Below, in pieces: positions 1 through 13,394 of a stretch of 64,000 bases of DNA. A model generated the notes under the pieces. It did not search any database and was not told the DNA's origin. It saw only the letters and a list, made by a program, of their open reading frames with translations. The position numbers were made by a program, and so were the translations under genes. The stretch is taken from the NCBI GenBank assembly GCA_964016885.1, contig OZ024741.1, positions 396,118,001 to 396,182,000 of the forward strand, given 5' to 3'. Within the stretch, counting starts at the first letter, position 1. The number at the start of each line of letters is the position of its first letter. This stretch comes from Eledone cirrhosa. Its lineage: Eukaryota.

Positions 1-3000
1 TCAAAGTACATCAATCAGTTACACCACAAGAGTCAAAGTGCATCAATCAGTCACACCACAAGAGTCAAAGTGCATCGATCAGTCACACCACAAGAGTCAA
101 AGTGCATCAATCAGTTACACCACAAGAGTCAAAGTGCATCAATCAGTCACACCACAAGGGTCAAAGTGCATCAATCAACCACACCACAAGGGTCAAAGTA
201 CATCAATCAGTCACACCACAAGAGTCAAAGTGCATCAATCAGTCACACCACGAGGGTCAAAGTGCATCAATCAGTTACACCACAAGAGTCAAAGTGCATC
301 AATCAGTTACACCACAAGAGTCAAAGTGCATCAATCAGTCACACCACAAGAGTCAAAGTGCATCAATCAATCACACCACAAGGGTCAAAGTGCATCAATC
401 AGTCACACCACAAGGGTCAAAGTGCATCAATCAGTTACACCACAAGAGTCAAAGTGCATCAATCAGTTACACCACAAGAGTGAAAGTGCATCAATCAGTC
501 ACACCACAAGGGTCAAAGTGCATCAATCAGTTACACCACAATAGTCAATGTGCATCAATCAGTTACACCACAAGAGTCAAAGTGCATCAATCAGACTCAC
601 CACAAGGGTCAAAGTGCATCAATCAGTTACACCACAAGAGTCAAAGTGCATCAATCAGTTACACCACAAGTGTCAAAGTGCATCAATCAGTCACACCACA
701 AGAGTCAAAGTGCATCAATCAGTCACACCACAAGGGTCAAAGTGCATCAATCAGTCACACCACAAGGGTCAAAGTGCATCAATCAGTCACACCACAAGAG
801 TCAAAGTGCATCAATCAGTCACACCACAAGGGTCAAAGTGCATCAATCAGTCACACCACAAGGGTCAAAGTGCATCAATCAGTCACACCACAAGGGTCAA
901 AGTGCATCAATCAGTCACACCACAAGAGTCAAAGTGCATCAATCAGTCACACCACAAGGGTCAAATTCCTTCAATCAGTCACACCACAAGAGTCAAAGTG
1001 CATCAATCAGTCACACCACAAGGGTCAAAGTGCATCAATCAGTCACACCACAAGGGTCAAAGTGTTTCAATCAGTCACACCACAAGGGTCAAAGTGCATC
1101 AATCAGTCACACCACAAGGGTCAAAGTGTTTCAATCAGTCACACCACAAGGGTCAAAGTGCATCAATCAGTCACACCACAAGGGTCAAAGTGCATCAATC
1201 AGTCACACCACAAGGGTCAAAGTGTTTCAATCAGTCACACCACAAGGGTCAAAGTGCATCAATCAGTCACACCACAAGGGTCAAAGTGCATCAATCAGTC
1301 ACACCACAAGGGTCAAATTACTTCAATCAGTCACACCACAAGGGTCAAAGTGTTTCAATCAGTCACACCACAAGGGTCAAAGTGCATCAATCAGTCACAC
1401 CACTAGGGTCAAAGTGCATCAATCAGTCACACCACAAGGGTCAAATTCCTTTAATCAGTCACACCACAAGTGTCAAAGTGTTTCAATCAGTCACACCACA
1501 AGGGTCAAAGTGCATCAATCAGTCACACCACAAGAGTTAAAGTGCAACAATCAGTCACACCACAAGGGGCAAAGTGCATCAATCAGTCACACCACAAGGG
1601 TCAAAGTGCATCAATCAGTCATACCACAAGGGTCAAAGTGCATCAATCAGTCACACCACAAGGGTCAAAGTGCATCAATCAGTCACACCACAAGGGTCAA
1701 AGTGCTTCAATCAGTCACACCACAAGGGTTAAAGGACATCAATTGGTCACACCACAAGAGTCAAAGTGCATCAATCAGTCACACCACAAGAGTCAATGTG
1801 CATCAATCAGTCACACCACAAGGGTCAAAGTGCATCAATCAGTCACACCACAAGGGTCAAAGTGCATCAATCAGTAACACCACAAGAGTCAAAGAGCATC
1901 AATCAGTCACACCACAAGGGTCAACGTGCATCAATCAGTCACACCACAAGGGTCAAAGTGCATCAATCAGTCACACCACAAGGGTCAAAGTGCATCAATC
2001 AGTCACACCACAAGGGTCAAAGTGCATCAATCAGCCACACCACAAGGGTCAAAGTGCATCAATCAGTCACTCCACAAGAATCAAAGTGCATCAATCAGCC
2101 ACACCACAAGAGTCAAAGTGCATCAATCAGTTACACCACAAGAGTCAAAGTGCATCAATCAGTCACACCACAAGAGTCAAAGTGCATCGATCAGTCGCAC
2201 CACAAGAGTCAAAGTGCATCCATTAGTTACACCACAAGAGTCAAAGTGCATCAATCAGTCACACCACAAGGGTCAAAGTGCATCAATCAGTTACACCACA
2301 AGAGTCAATGTGCGTCAATCAGTTACACCACAAGAGTCAAAGTGCATCAATCAGACACACCACAAGGGTCAAAGTGCATCAATCAGTTACACCACAAGAG
2401 TCAAAGTGCATCAATCAGTTACACCACAAGAGTCAAAGTGCATCAATCAGTCACACCACAAGAGTCAAAGTGCATCAATCAGTCACACCACAAGGGTCAA
2501 AGTGCATCAATCAGTCACACCACAAGGGTCAAACTGCATCAATCAGTCACACCACAAGCGTCAAAGTGCATCAATCAGTCACACCACAAGGGTCAAAGTG
2601 CATCAATCAGTCACACCACAAGGGTCAAAGTGCATCAATCAGTCACACCACAAGGGTCAAAGTGCATCAATCAGTCACACCACAAGAGTCAAAGTGCATC
2701 AATCAGTCACACCACAAGGGTCAGATTCCTTCAATCAGTCACACCACAAGAGTCAAAGTGCATCAATCAGTCACACCACAAGGGTCAAAGTGCATCAATC
2801 AGTCACACCACAAGGGTCAAAGTGTTTCAATCAGTCACACCACAAGGGTCAAAGTGCATCAATCAGTCACACCACAAGGGTCAAAGTATTTCAATCAGTC
2901 ACACCACAAGGGTCAAAGTGCATCAATCAGTCACACCACAAGAGTGAAAGTGCATCAATCAGTCACACCACAAGGGTCAAAGTGCATCAATCAGTCACAC

Positions 3001-6000
3001 CACAAGGGTCAAATTCCTTCAATCAGTCACACCACAAGGGTCAAATTACTTCAATCAGTCACACCACAAGGGTCAAATTGCATCAATCAGTCAAACCACA
3101 AGGGTCAAAGTGTTTCAATCAGTCACACCACAAGGGTCAAAGTGCATCAATCAGTCACACCACAAGGGTCAAAGTGTTTCAATCAGTCACACCACAAGGG
3201 TCAAAGTGAATCAATCAGTCACACCACAAGGGTCAAAGTGTTTCATAAAGTCACACCACAAGGGTCAAATTCCTTCAATCAGTCACACCACAAGGGTCAA
3301 AGTGCATCAATCAGTCACACCACAAGAGTCAAAGTGCTTCAATCAGTCACACCACAAGGGTCAAATTCCTTCAATCAGTCACACCACAAGGGTCAAAGTG
3401 CATCAATCAGTCACAGCACAAGAGTCAAAGTGCATCAATCAGTCACACCACAAGGGTCAAAGTGCATCAATCAGCCACACCACAAGGGTCTAAGTGCATC
3501 AATCAGTCACACCACAAGAGTCAAAGTGCATCAATCAGTAACACCACAAGAGTCAAAGAGCATCAATCAGTCACACCACAAGGGTCAACGTGCATCAATC
3601 AGTCACACCACAAGGGTCAAAGTGCATCAATCAGTCACACCACAAGGGTCAAAGTGCATCAATCAGTCACACCACAAGGGTCAAAGTGCATCAATCAGCC
3701 ACACCACAAGGGTCAAAGTGCATCAATCAGTCACACCACAAGGGTCAAAGTGCATCAATCAGCCACACCACAAGAGTCAAAGTACATCAATCAGTTACAC
3801 CACAAGAGTCAAAGTGCATCAATCAGTCACACCACAAGAGTCAAAGTGCATCGATCAGTCACACCACAAGAGTCAAAGTGCATCAATCAGTTACACCACA
3901 AGAGTCAAAGTGCATCAATCAGTCACACCACAAGGGTCAAAGTGCATCAATCAACCACACCACAAGGGTCAAAGTACATCAATCAGTCACACCACAAGAG
4001 TCAAAGTGCATCAATCAGTCACACCACGAGGGTCAAAGTGCATCAATCAGTTACACCACAAGAGTCAAAGTGCATCAATCAGTTACACCACAAGAGTCAA
4101 AGTGCATCAATCAGTCACACCACAAGAGTCAAAGTGCATCAATCAATCACACCACAAGGGTCAAAGTGCATCAATCAGTCACACCATAAGGGTCAAAGTG
4201 CATCAATCAGTTACACCACAAGAGTCAAAGTGCATCAATCAGTTACACCACAAGAGTGAAAGTGCATCAATCAGTCACACCACAAGGGTCAAAGTGCATC
4301 AATCAGTTACACCACAAGAGTCAATGTGCATCAATCAGTTACACCACAAGAGTCAAAGTGCATCAATCAGACTCACCACAAGGGTCAAAGTGCATCAATC
4401 AGTTACACCACAAGAGTCAAAGTGCATCAATCAGTTACACCACAAGTGTCAAAGTGCATCAATCAGTCACACCACAAGAGTCAAAGTGCATCAATCAGTC
4501 ACACCACAAGGGTCAAAGTGCATCAATCAGTCACACCACAAGGGTCAAAGTGCATCAATCAGTCACACCACAAGAGTCAAAGTGCATCAATCAGTCACAC
4601 CACAAGGGTCAAAGTGCATCAATCAGTCACACCACAAGGGTCAAAGTGCATCAATCAGTCACACCACAAGGGTCAAAGTGCATCAATCAGTCACACCACA
4701 AGAGTCAAAGTGCATCAATCAGTCACACCACAAGGGTCAAATTCCTTCAATCAGTCACACCACAAGAGTCAAAGTGCATCAATCAGTCACACCACAAGGG
4801 TCAAAGTGCATCAATCAGTCACACCACAAGGGTCAAAGTGTTTCAGTCAGTCACACCACAAGGGTCAAAGTGCATCAATCAGTCACACCACAAGGGTCAA
4901 AGTGTTTCAATCAGTCACACCACAAGGGTCAAAGTGCATCAATCAGTCACACCACAAGGGTCAAAGTGCATCAATCAGTCACACCACAAGGGTCAAAGTG
5001 TTTCAATCAGTCACACCACAAGGGTCAAAGTGCATCAATCAGTCACACCACAAGGGTCAAAGTGCATCAATCAGTCACACCACAAGGGTCAAATTCCTTC
5101 AATCAGTCACACCACAAGGGTCAAAGTGTTTCAATCAGTCACACCACAAGGGTCAAAGTGCATCAATCAGTCACACCACTAGGGTCAAAGTGCATCAATC
5201 AGTCACACCACAAGGGTCAAATTCCTTTAATCAGTCACACCACAAGGGTCAAAGTGTTTCAATCATTCACACCACAAGGGTCAAAGTGCATCAATCAGTC
5301 ACACCACAAGAGTTAAAGTGCAACAATCAGTCACACCACAAGGGTCAAAGTGCATCAATCAGTCACACCACAAGGGTCAAAGTGCATCAATCAGTCATAC
5401 CACAAGGGTCAAAGTGCATCAATCAGTCACACCACAAGGGTCAAAGTGCATCAATCAGTCACACCACAAGGGTCAAAGTGCTTCAATCAGTCACACCACA
5501 AGGGTTAAAGGACATCAATTGGTCACACCACAAGAGTCAAAGTGCATCAATCAGTCACACCACAAGAGTCAAAGTGCATCAATCAGTCACACCACAAGGG
5601 TCAAAGTGCATCAATCAGTCACACCACAAGGGTCAAAGTGCATCAATCAGTAACACCACAAGAGTCAAAGAGCATCAATCAGTCACACCACAAGGGTCAA
5701 CGTGCATCAATCAGTCACACAAACAAGGGTCAAAGTGCATCAATCAGTCACACCACAAGGGTCAAAGTGCATCAATCAGTCACACCACAAGGGTCAAAGT
5801 GCATCAATCAGCCACACCACAAGGGTCAAAGTGCATCAATCAGTCACTCCACAAGAATAAAAGTGCATCAATCAGCCACACCACAAGAGTCAAAGTGCAT
5901 CAATCAGTTACACCACAAGAGTCAAAGTGCATCAATCAGTCACACCACAAGAGTCAAAGTGCATCGATCAGTCGCACCACAAGAGTCAAAGTGCATCCAT

Positions 6001-7315
6001 TAGTTACACCACAAGAGTCAAAGTGCATCAATCAGTCACACCACAAGGGTCAAAGTGCATCAATCAGTTACACCACAAGAGTCAATGTGCGTCAATCAGT
6101 TACACCACAAGAGTCAAAGTGCATCAATCAGACACACCACAAGGGTCAAAGTGCATCAATCAGTTACACCACAAGAGTCAAAGTGCATCAATCAGTTACA
6201 CCACAAGAGTCAAAGTGCATCAATCAGTCACACCACAAGAGTCAAAGTGCATCAATCAGTCACACCACAAGGGTCAAAGTGCATCAATCAGTCACACCAC
6301 AAGGGTCAAACTGCATCAATCAGTCACACCACAAGCGTCAAAGTGCATCAATCAGTCACACCACAAGGGTCAAAGTGCATCAATCAGTCACACCACAAGG
6401 GTCAAAGTGCATCAATCAGTCACACCACAAGGGTCAAAGTGCATCAATCAGTCACACCACAAGAGTCAAAGTGCATCAATCAGTCACACCACAAGGGTCA
6501 GATTCCTTCAATCAGTCACACCACAAGAGTCAAAGTGCATCAATCAGTCACACCACAAGGGTCAAAGTGCATCAATCAGTCTCACCACAAGGGTCAAAGT
6601 GTTTCAATCAGTCACACCACAAGGGTCAAAGTGCATCAATCAGTCACACCACAAGGGTCAAAGTATTTCAATCAGTCACACCACAAGGGTCAAAGTGCAT
6701 CAATCAGTCACACCACAAGAGTGAAAGTGCATCAATCAGTCACACCACAAGGGTCAAAGTGCATCAATCAGTCACACCACAAGGGTCAAATTCCTTCAAT
6801 CAGTCACACCACAAGGGTCAAATTACTTCAATCAGTCACACCACAAGGGTCAAATTGCATCAATCAGTCAAACCACAAGGGTCAAAGTGTTTCAATCAGT
6901 CACACCACAAGGGTCAAAGTGCATCAATCAGTCACACCACAAGGGTCAAAGTGTTTCAATCAGTCACACCACAAGGGTCAAAGTGAATCAATCAGTCACA
7001 CCACAAGGGTCAAAGTGTTTCATAAAGTCACACCACAAGGGTCAAATTCCTTCAATCAGTCACACCACAAGGGTCAAAGTGCATCAATCAGTCACACCAC
7101 AAGAGTCAAAGTGCTTCAATCAGTCACACCACAAGGGTCAAATTCCTTCAATCAGTCACACCACAAGGGTCAAAGTGCATCAATCAGTCACAGCACAAGA
7201 GTCAAAGTGCATCAATCAGTCACACCACAAGGGTCAAAGTGCATCAATCAGCCACACCACAAGGGTCTAAGTGCATCAATCAGTCACACCACAAGAGTCA
7301 AAGTGCATCAATCAG
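1..7315 (+). repeat. Higher-order tandem duplication, 118-monomer unit (3776 bp): 1-3538 repeated at 3777-7315
   Basis: Rare variants recur at +3776, or +3777 after the 1-bp insertion near 5721. Examples: CACCACGAG (~251/4027), AGACTCACC (~592/4368), TTAAAGGACATCAATTGG (1729/5505), GTCTAAG (~3488/7265). ORF stops pair as 483/4259, 1406/5182, 2226/6003 and 3493/7270. Confidence 0.93.
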
Positions 7316-8384
7316 TCACACCACAAGAGTCAAAGTGCATCAATCAGTGACACCACAAGGGTCAAAGTGCATCAATCAGTCACACCACAAGGGTCAAAGT
7401 GCATCAATCAGTCACACCAAAAGGGTCAAAGTGCATCAATCAGTCACACCACAAGAGTCAAAGTGCATCAATCAGTCACACCACAAGAGTCAAAGTGCAT
7501 CAATCAGTCATACCACAAGGGTCAAATTCCTTCAATCAGTCACACCACAAGGGTCAAAGTGCATCAATCAGTCACACCACAAGGGTCAAAGTGCATCAAT
7601 CAGTCACACCACAAGAGTCAAATTGCTTCAATCAGTCACACCACAAGGGTCAAATTCCTTCAATCAGTCACACCACAAGGGTCAAAGTGCATCAATCAGT
7701 CACACCACAAGGGTCAAAGTGCATCAATCAGTCACACCACAAGGGTCAAATTCCTTCAATCAGTCACACCACAAGGGTCAAAGTGCATCAATCAGTCACA
7801 CCACAAGGGTCAAACTGCATCAATCAGTCACACCACAAGGGTCAAAGTGCATCAATCAGTCACACCACAAGGGTCAAAGTGCATCAATCAGTCACACCAC
7901 AAGGGTCAAAGTGTTTCAATCAGTCACACCACAAGGGTCAAAGTGCATCAATCAGTCACACCACAAGGGTCAAAGTGCATCAATCAGTCACACCACAAGA
8001 GTCAAAGTGCATCAATCAGTCACACCACAAGGGTCAAAGTGCATCAATCAGTCACACCACAAGGGTCAAAGTGCATCAATCAGTCACACCACAAGAGTCA
8101 AAGTGCATCAATCAGTCACACCACAAGGGTCAAATTCCTTCAATCAGTCACACCACAAGAGTCAAAGTGCATCAATCAGTCACACCACAAGGGTCAAAGT
8201 GCATCAATCAGTTACACCACAAGGGTCAAAGTGCATCAATCAGTCACACCACAAGGGTCAAATTCCTTCAATCAGTCACACCACAAGGGTCAAAGTGCAT
8301 CAATCAGTCACACCACAAGAGTCAAATTGCATCAATCAGTCACACCACAAGGGTCAAAGTGCATCAATCAGTCACACCAAAAGG

Positions 8385-11300
8385 GTCAAAGTGCATCAAT
8401 CAGTCACACCCCAAGAGTCAAAGTGCATCAATCAGTCACACCACAAGGGTCAAAGTGCATCAATCAGTCACACCACAAGGGTCAAAGTGCATCAATCAGT
8501 CACACCACAAGGGTCAAAGTGCATCAATCAGTCACACCACAAGGGTCAAATTCCTTCAATCAGTCACACCACAAGAGTCAAAGTGCATCAATCAGTCACA
8601 CCACAAGGGTCAAAGTGCATCAATCAGTCACACCACAAGGGTCAAAGTGTTTCAATCAGTCACACCACAAGGGTCAAAGTGCATCAATCAGTCACACCAC
8701 AAGGGTCAAAGTGTTTCAATCAGTCACACCACAAGGGTCAAAGTGCATCAATCAGTCACACCACAAGAGTCAAAGTGCATCAATCAGTCACACCACAAGG
8801 GTCAAAGTGCATCAATCAGTCACACCACAAGGGTCAAAGTGTTTCAATCAGTCACACCACAAGGGTCAAAGTGCATCAATCAGTCACACCACAAGGGTCA
8901 AAGTGCATCAATCAGTCACACCACAAGGGTCAAATTCCTTCAATCAGTCACACCACAAGGGTCAAAGTGTTTCAATCAGTCACACCACAAGGGTCAAAGT
9001 GCATCAATCAGTCACACCACTAGGGTCAAAGTGCATCAATCAGTCACACCACAAGGGTCAAATTCCTTTAATCAGTCACACCACAAGGGTCAAAGTGTTT
9101 TAATCAGTCACACCACAAGGGTCAAAGTGCATCAATCAGTCACACCACAAGAGTTAAAGTGCATCAATCAGTCACACCACAAGGGTCAACGTGCATCAAT
9201 CAGTCACACCACAAGGGTCAAAGTGCATCAATCAGTCACACCACAAGGGTCAAAGTGCATCAATCAGTCACACCACAAGGGTCAAAGTGCATCAATCAGC
9301 CACACCACAAGGGTCAAAGTGCATCAATCAGTCACACCACAAGAATCAAAGTGCATCAATCAGCCACACCACAAGAGTCAAAGTGCATCAATCAGTTACA
9401 CCACAAGAGTCAAAGTGCATCAATCAGTCACACCACAAGAGTCAACGTGCATCGATCAGTAACACCACAAGAGTCAAAGTGCATCAATCAGTTACACCAC
9501 AAGAGTCAAAGTGCATCAATCACTCACACCACAAGGGTCAAAGTGCATCAATCAGTTACACCACAAGAGTCAATGTGCATCAATCAGTTACACCACAAGA
9601 GTCAAAGTGCATCAATCAGACACACCACAAGGGTCAAAGTGCATCAATCAGTTACACCAGAAGAGTCAAAGTGCATCAATCAGTTACACCACAAGAGTCA
9701 AAGTGCATCAATCAGTCACACAACAAGAGTCAAAGTGCATCAATCAGTCACACCACAAGGGTCAAAGTGCATCAATCAGTCACACCACAAGGGTCAAAGT
9801 GCATCAATCAGTCACACCACAAGAGTCAAAGTGCATCAATCAGTCACACCACAAGTGTCAAAGTGCATCAATCAGTCACACCACAAGGGTCAAAGTGAAT
9901 CAATCAGTCACACCACAAGGGTCAAAGTGCATCAATCAGTCACACCACAAGAGTCAAAGTGCATCAATCAGTCACACCACAAGGGTCAGATTCCTTCAAT
10001 CAGTCACACCACAAGAGTCAAAGTGCATCAATCAGTCACACCACAAGGGTCAAAGTGCATCAATCAGTCACACCACAAGGGTCAAAGTGTTTCAATCAGT
10101 CACACCACAAGGGTCAAAGTGCATCAATCAGTCACACCACAAGGGTCAAAGTATTTCAATCAGTCACACCACAAGGGTCAAAGTGCATCAATCAGTCACA
10201 CCACAAGAGTGAAAGTGCATCAATCAGTCACACCACAAGGGTCAAAGTGCATCAATCAGTCACACCACAAGGGTCAAATTCCTTCAATCAGTCACACCAC
10301 AAGGGTCAAATTCCTTCAATCAGTCACACCACAAGGGTCAAATTGCTTCAATCAGTCACACGACAAGGGTCAAAGTGTTTCAATCAGTGACACCACAAGG
10401 GTCAAAGTGCATCAATCAGTCACACCACAAGGGTCAAAGTGTTTCAATCAGTCACACCACAAGGGTCAAAGTGAATCAATCAGTCATACCACAAGGGTCA
10501 AAGTGTTTCAATAAGTCACACCACAAGGGTCAAATTCCTTCAATCAGTCACACCACAAGGGTCAAAGTGCATCAATCAGTCACACCACAAGAGTCAAAGT
10601 GCTTCAATCAGTCACACCACAAGGGTCAAATTCCTTCAATCAGTCACACCACAAGGGTCAAATTCCTTCAATCAGTCACACCACAAGGGTCAAATTGCAT
10701 CAATCAGTCACACCACAAGGGTCAAAGTGTTTCAATCAGTCACACCACAAGGTTCAAAGTGCATCAATCAGTCACACCACAAGGGTCAAAGTGCATCAAT
10801 CAGCCACACCACAAGGGTCAAAGTGCATCAATCAGTCACACCACAAGAGTCAAAGTGCATCAATCAGTCACACCACAAGAGTCAAAGTGCATCAATCAGT
10901 CACACCACAAGGGTCAAAGTGCATCAATCAGTCACACCCCAAGAGTCAAAGTGCATCAATCAGTCACACCACAAGGGTCAAAGTGCATCAATCAGTCACA
11001 CCACAAGGGTCAAAGTGCATCAATCAGTCACACCACAAGGGTCAAAGTGCATCAATCAGTCACACCACAAGGGTCAAATTCCTTCAATCAGTCACACCAC
11101 AAGAGTCAAAGTGCATCAATCAGTCACACCACAAGGGTCAAAGTGCATCAATCAGTCACACCACAAGGGTCAAATTCCTTCAATCAGTCACACCACAAGG
11201 GTCAAAGTGCATCAATCAGTCACACCACAAGGGTCAAAGTGTTTCAATCAGTCACACCACAAGGGTCAAAGTGCATCAATCAGTCACACCACAAGAGTCA

Positions 11301-13394
11301 AAGTGCATCAATCAGTCACACCACAAGGGTCAAAGTGCATCAATCAGTCACACCACAAGGGTCAAAGTGTTTCAATCAGTCACACCACAAGGGTCAAAGT
11401 GCATCAATCAGTCACACCACAAGGGTCAAAGTGCATCAATCAGTCACACCACAAGGGTCAAATTCCTTCAATCAGTCACACCACAAGGGTCAAAGTGTTT
11501 CAATCAGTCACACCACAAGGGTCAAAGTACATCAATCAGTCACACCACTAGGGTCAAAGTGCATCAATCAGTCACACCACAAGGGTCAAATTCCTTTAAT
11601 CAGTCACACCACAAGGGTCAAAGTGTTTTAATCAGTCACACCACAAGGGTCAAAGTGCATCAATCAGTCACACCACAAGAGTTAAAGTGCATCAATCAGT
11701 CACACCACAAGGGTCAACGTGCATCAATCAGTCACACCACAAGGGTCAAAGTGCATCAATCAGTCACACCACAAGGGTCAAAGTGCATCAATCAGTCACA
11801 CCACAAGGGTCAAAGTGCATCAATCAGCCACACCACAAGGGTCAAAGTGCATCAATCAGTCACACCACAAGAATCAAAGTGCATCAATCAGCCACACCAC
11901 AAGAGTCAAAGTGCATCAATCAGTTACACCACAAGAGTCAAAGTGCATCAATCAGTCACACCACAAGAGTCAACGTGCATCGATCAGTCACACCACAAGA
12001 GTCAAAGTGCATCAATCAGTTACACCACAAGAGTCAAAGTGCATCAATCAGTCACACCACAAGGTTCAAAGTGCATCAATCAGTTACACCACAAGAGTCA
12101 ATGTGCATCAATCAGTTACACCATAAGAGTCAAAGTGCATCAATCAGACACACCACAAGGGTCAAAGTGCATCAATCAGTTACACCAGAAGAGTCAAAGT
12201 GCATCAATCAGTTACACCACAAGAGTCAAAGTGCATCAATCAGTCACACAACAAGAGTCAAAGTGCATCAATCAGTCACACCACAAGGGTCAAAGTGCAT
12301 CAATCAGTCACACCACAAGGGTCAAAGTGCATCAATCAGTCACACCACAAGTGTCAAAGTGCATCAATCAGTCACACCACAAGGGTCAAAGTGCATCAAT
12401 CAGTCACACCACAAGGGTCAAAGTGCATCAATCAGTCACACCACAAGAGTCAAAGTGCATCAATCAGTCACACCACAAGGGTCAGATTCCTTCAATCAGT
12501 CACACCACAAGAGTCAAAGTGCATCAATCAGTCACACCACAAGGGTCAAAGTGCATCAATCAGTCACACCACAAGGGTCAAAGTGCATCAATCAGTCACA
12601 CCACAAGGGTCAAAGTGCATCAATCAGTCACACCACAAGGGTCAAAGTATTTCAATCAGTCACACCACAAGGGTCAAAGTGCATCAATCAGTCACACCAC
12701 AAGAGTGAAAGTGCATCAATCAGTCACACCACAAGGGTCAAAGTGCATCAATCAGTCACACCACAAGGGTCAAATTCCTTCAATCAGTCACACCACAAGG
12801 GTCAAATTCCTTCAATCAGTCACACCACAAGGGTCAAATTGCATCAATCAGTCACACCACAAGGGTCAAAGTGTTTCAATCAGTCACACCACAAGGGTCA
12901 AAGTGCATCAATCAGTCACACCACAAGGGTCAAAGTGTTTCAATCAGTCACACCACAAGAGTCAAAGTGAATCAATCAGTCACACCACAAGGGTCAAAGT
13001 GTTTCAATAAGTCACACCACAAGGGTCAAATTCCTTCAATCAGTCACACCACAAGGGTCAAAGTGCATCAATCAGTCACACCACAAGAGTCAAAGTGCTT
13101 CAATCAGTCACACCACAAGGGTCAAATTCCTTCAATCAGTCACACCACAAGGGTCAAATTCCTTCAATCAGTCACACCACAAGGGTCAAATTGCATCAAT
13201 CAGTCACACCACAAGTGTCAAAGTGTTTCAATCAGTCACACCACAAGGTTCAAAGTGCATCAATCAGTCACACCACAAGGGTCAAAGTGCATCAATCAGC
13301 CACACCACAAGGGTCAAAGTGCATCAATCAGTCACACCACAAGAGTCAAAGTGCATCAATCAGTCACACCACAAGAGTCAAAGTGCATCAATCA
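8385..13394 (+). repeat. Tandem duplication, 79/78-monomer unit (2528/2496 bp): ~8385-10898 repeated at ~10913-13394
   Basis: Shared rare variants include CACCCCAAG, GTGTTTTAAT, CAACGTGCATCGAT, ACCAGAAG and AGGTTCAAAG. ORF stops pair as 9023/11551 and 9103/11631 (+2528), then 10212/12708 and 10514/13010 (+2496, one monomer lost). Confidence 0.88.
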
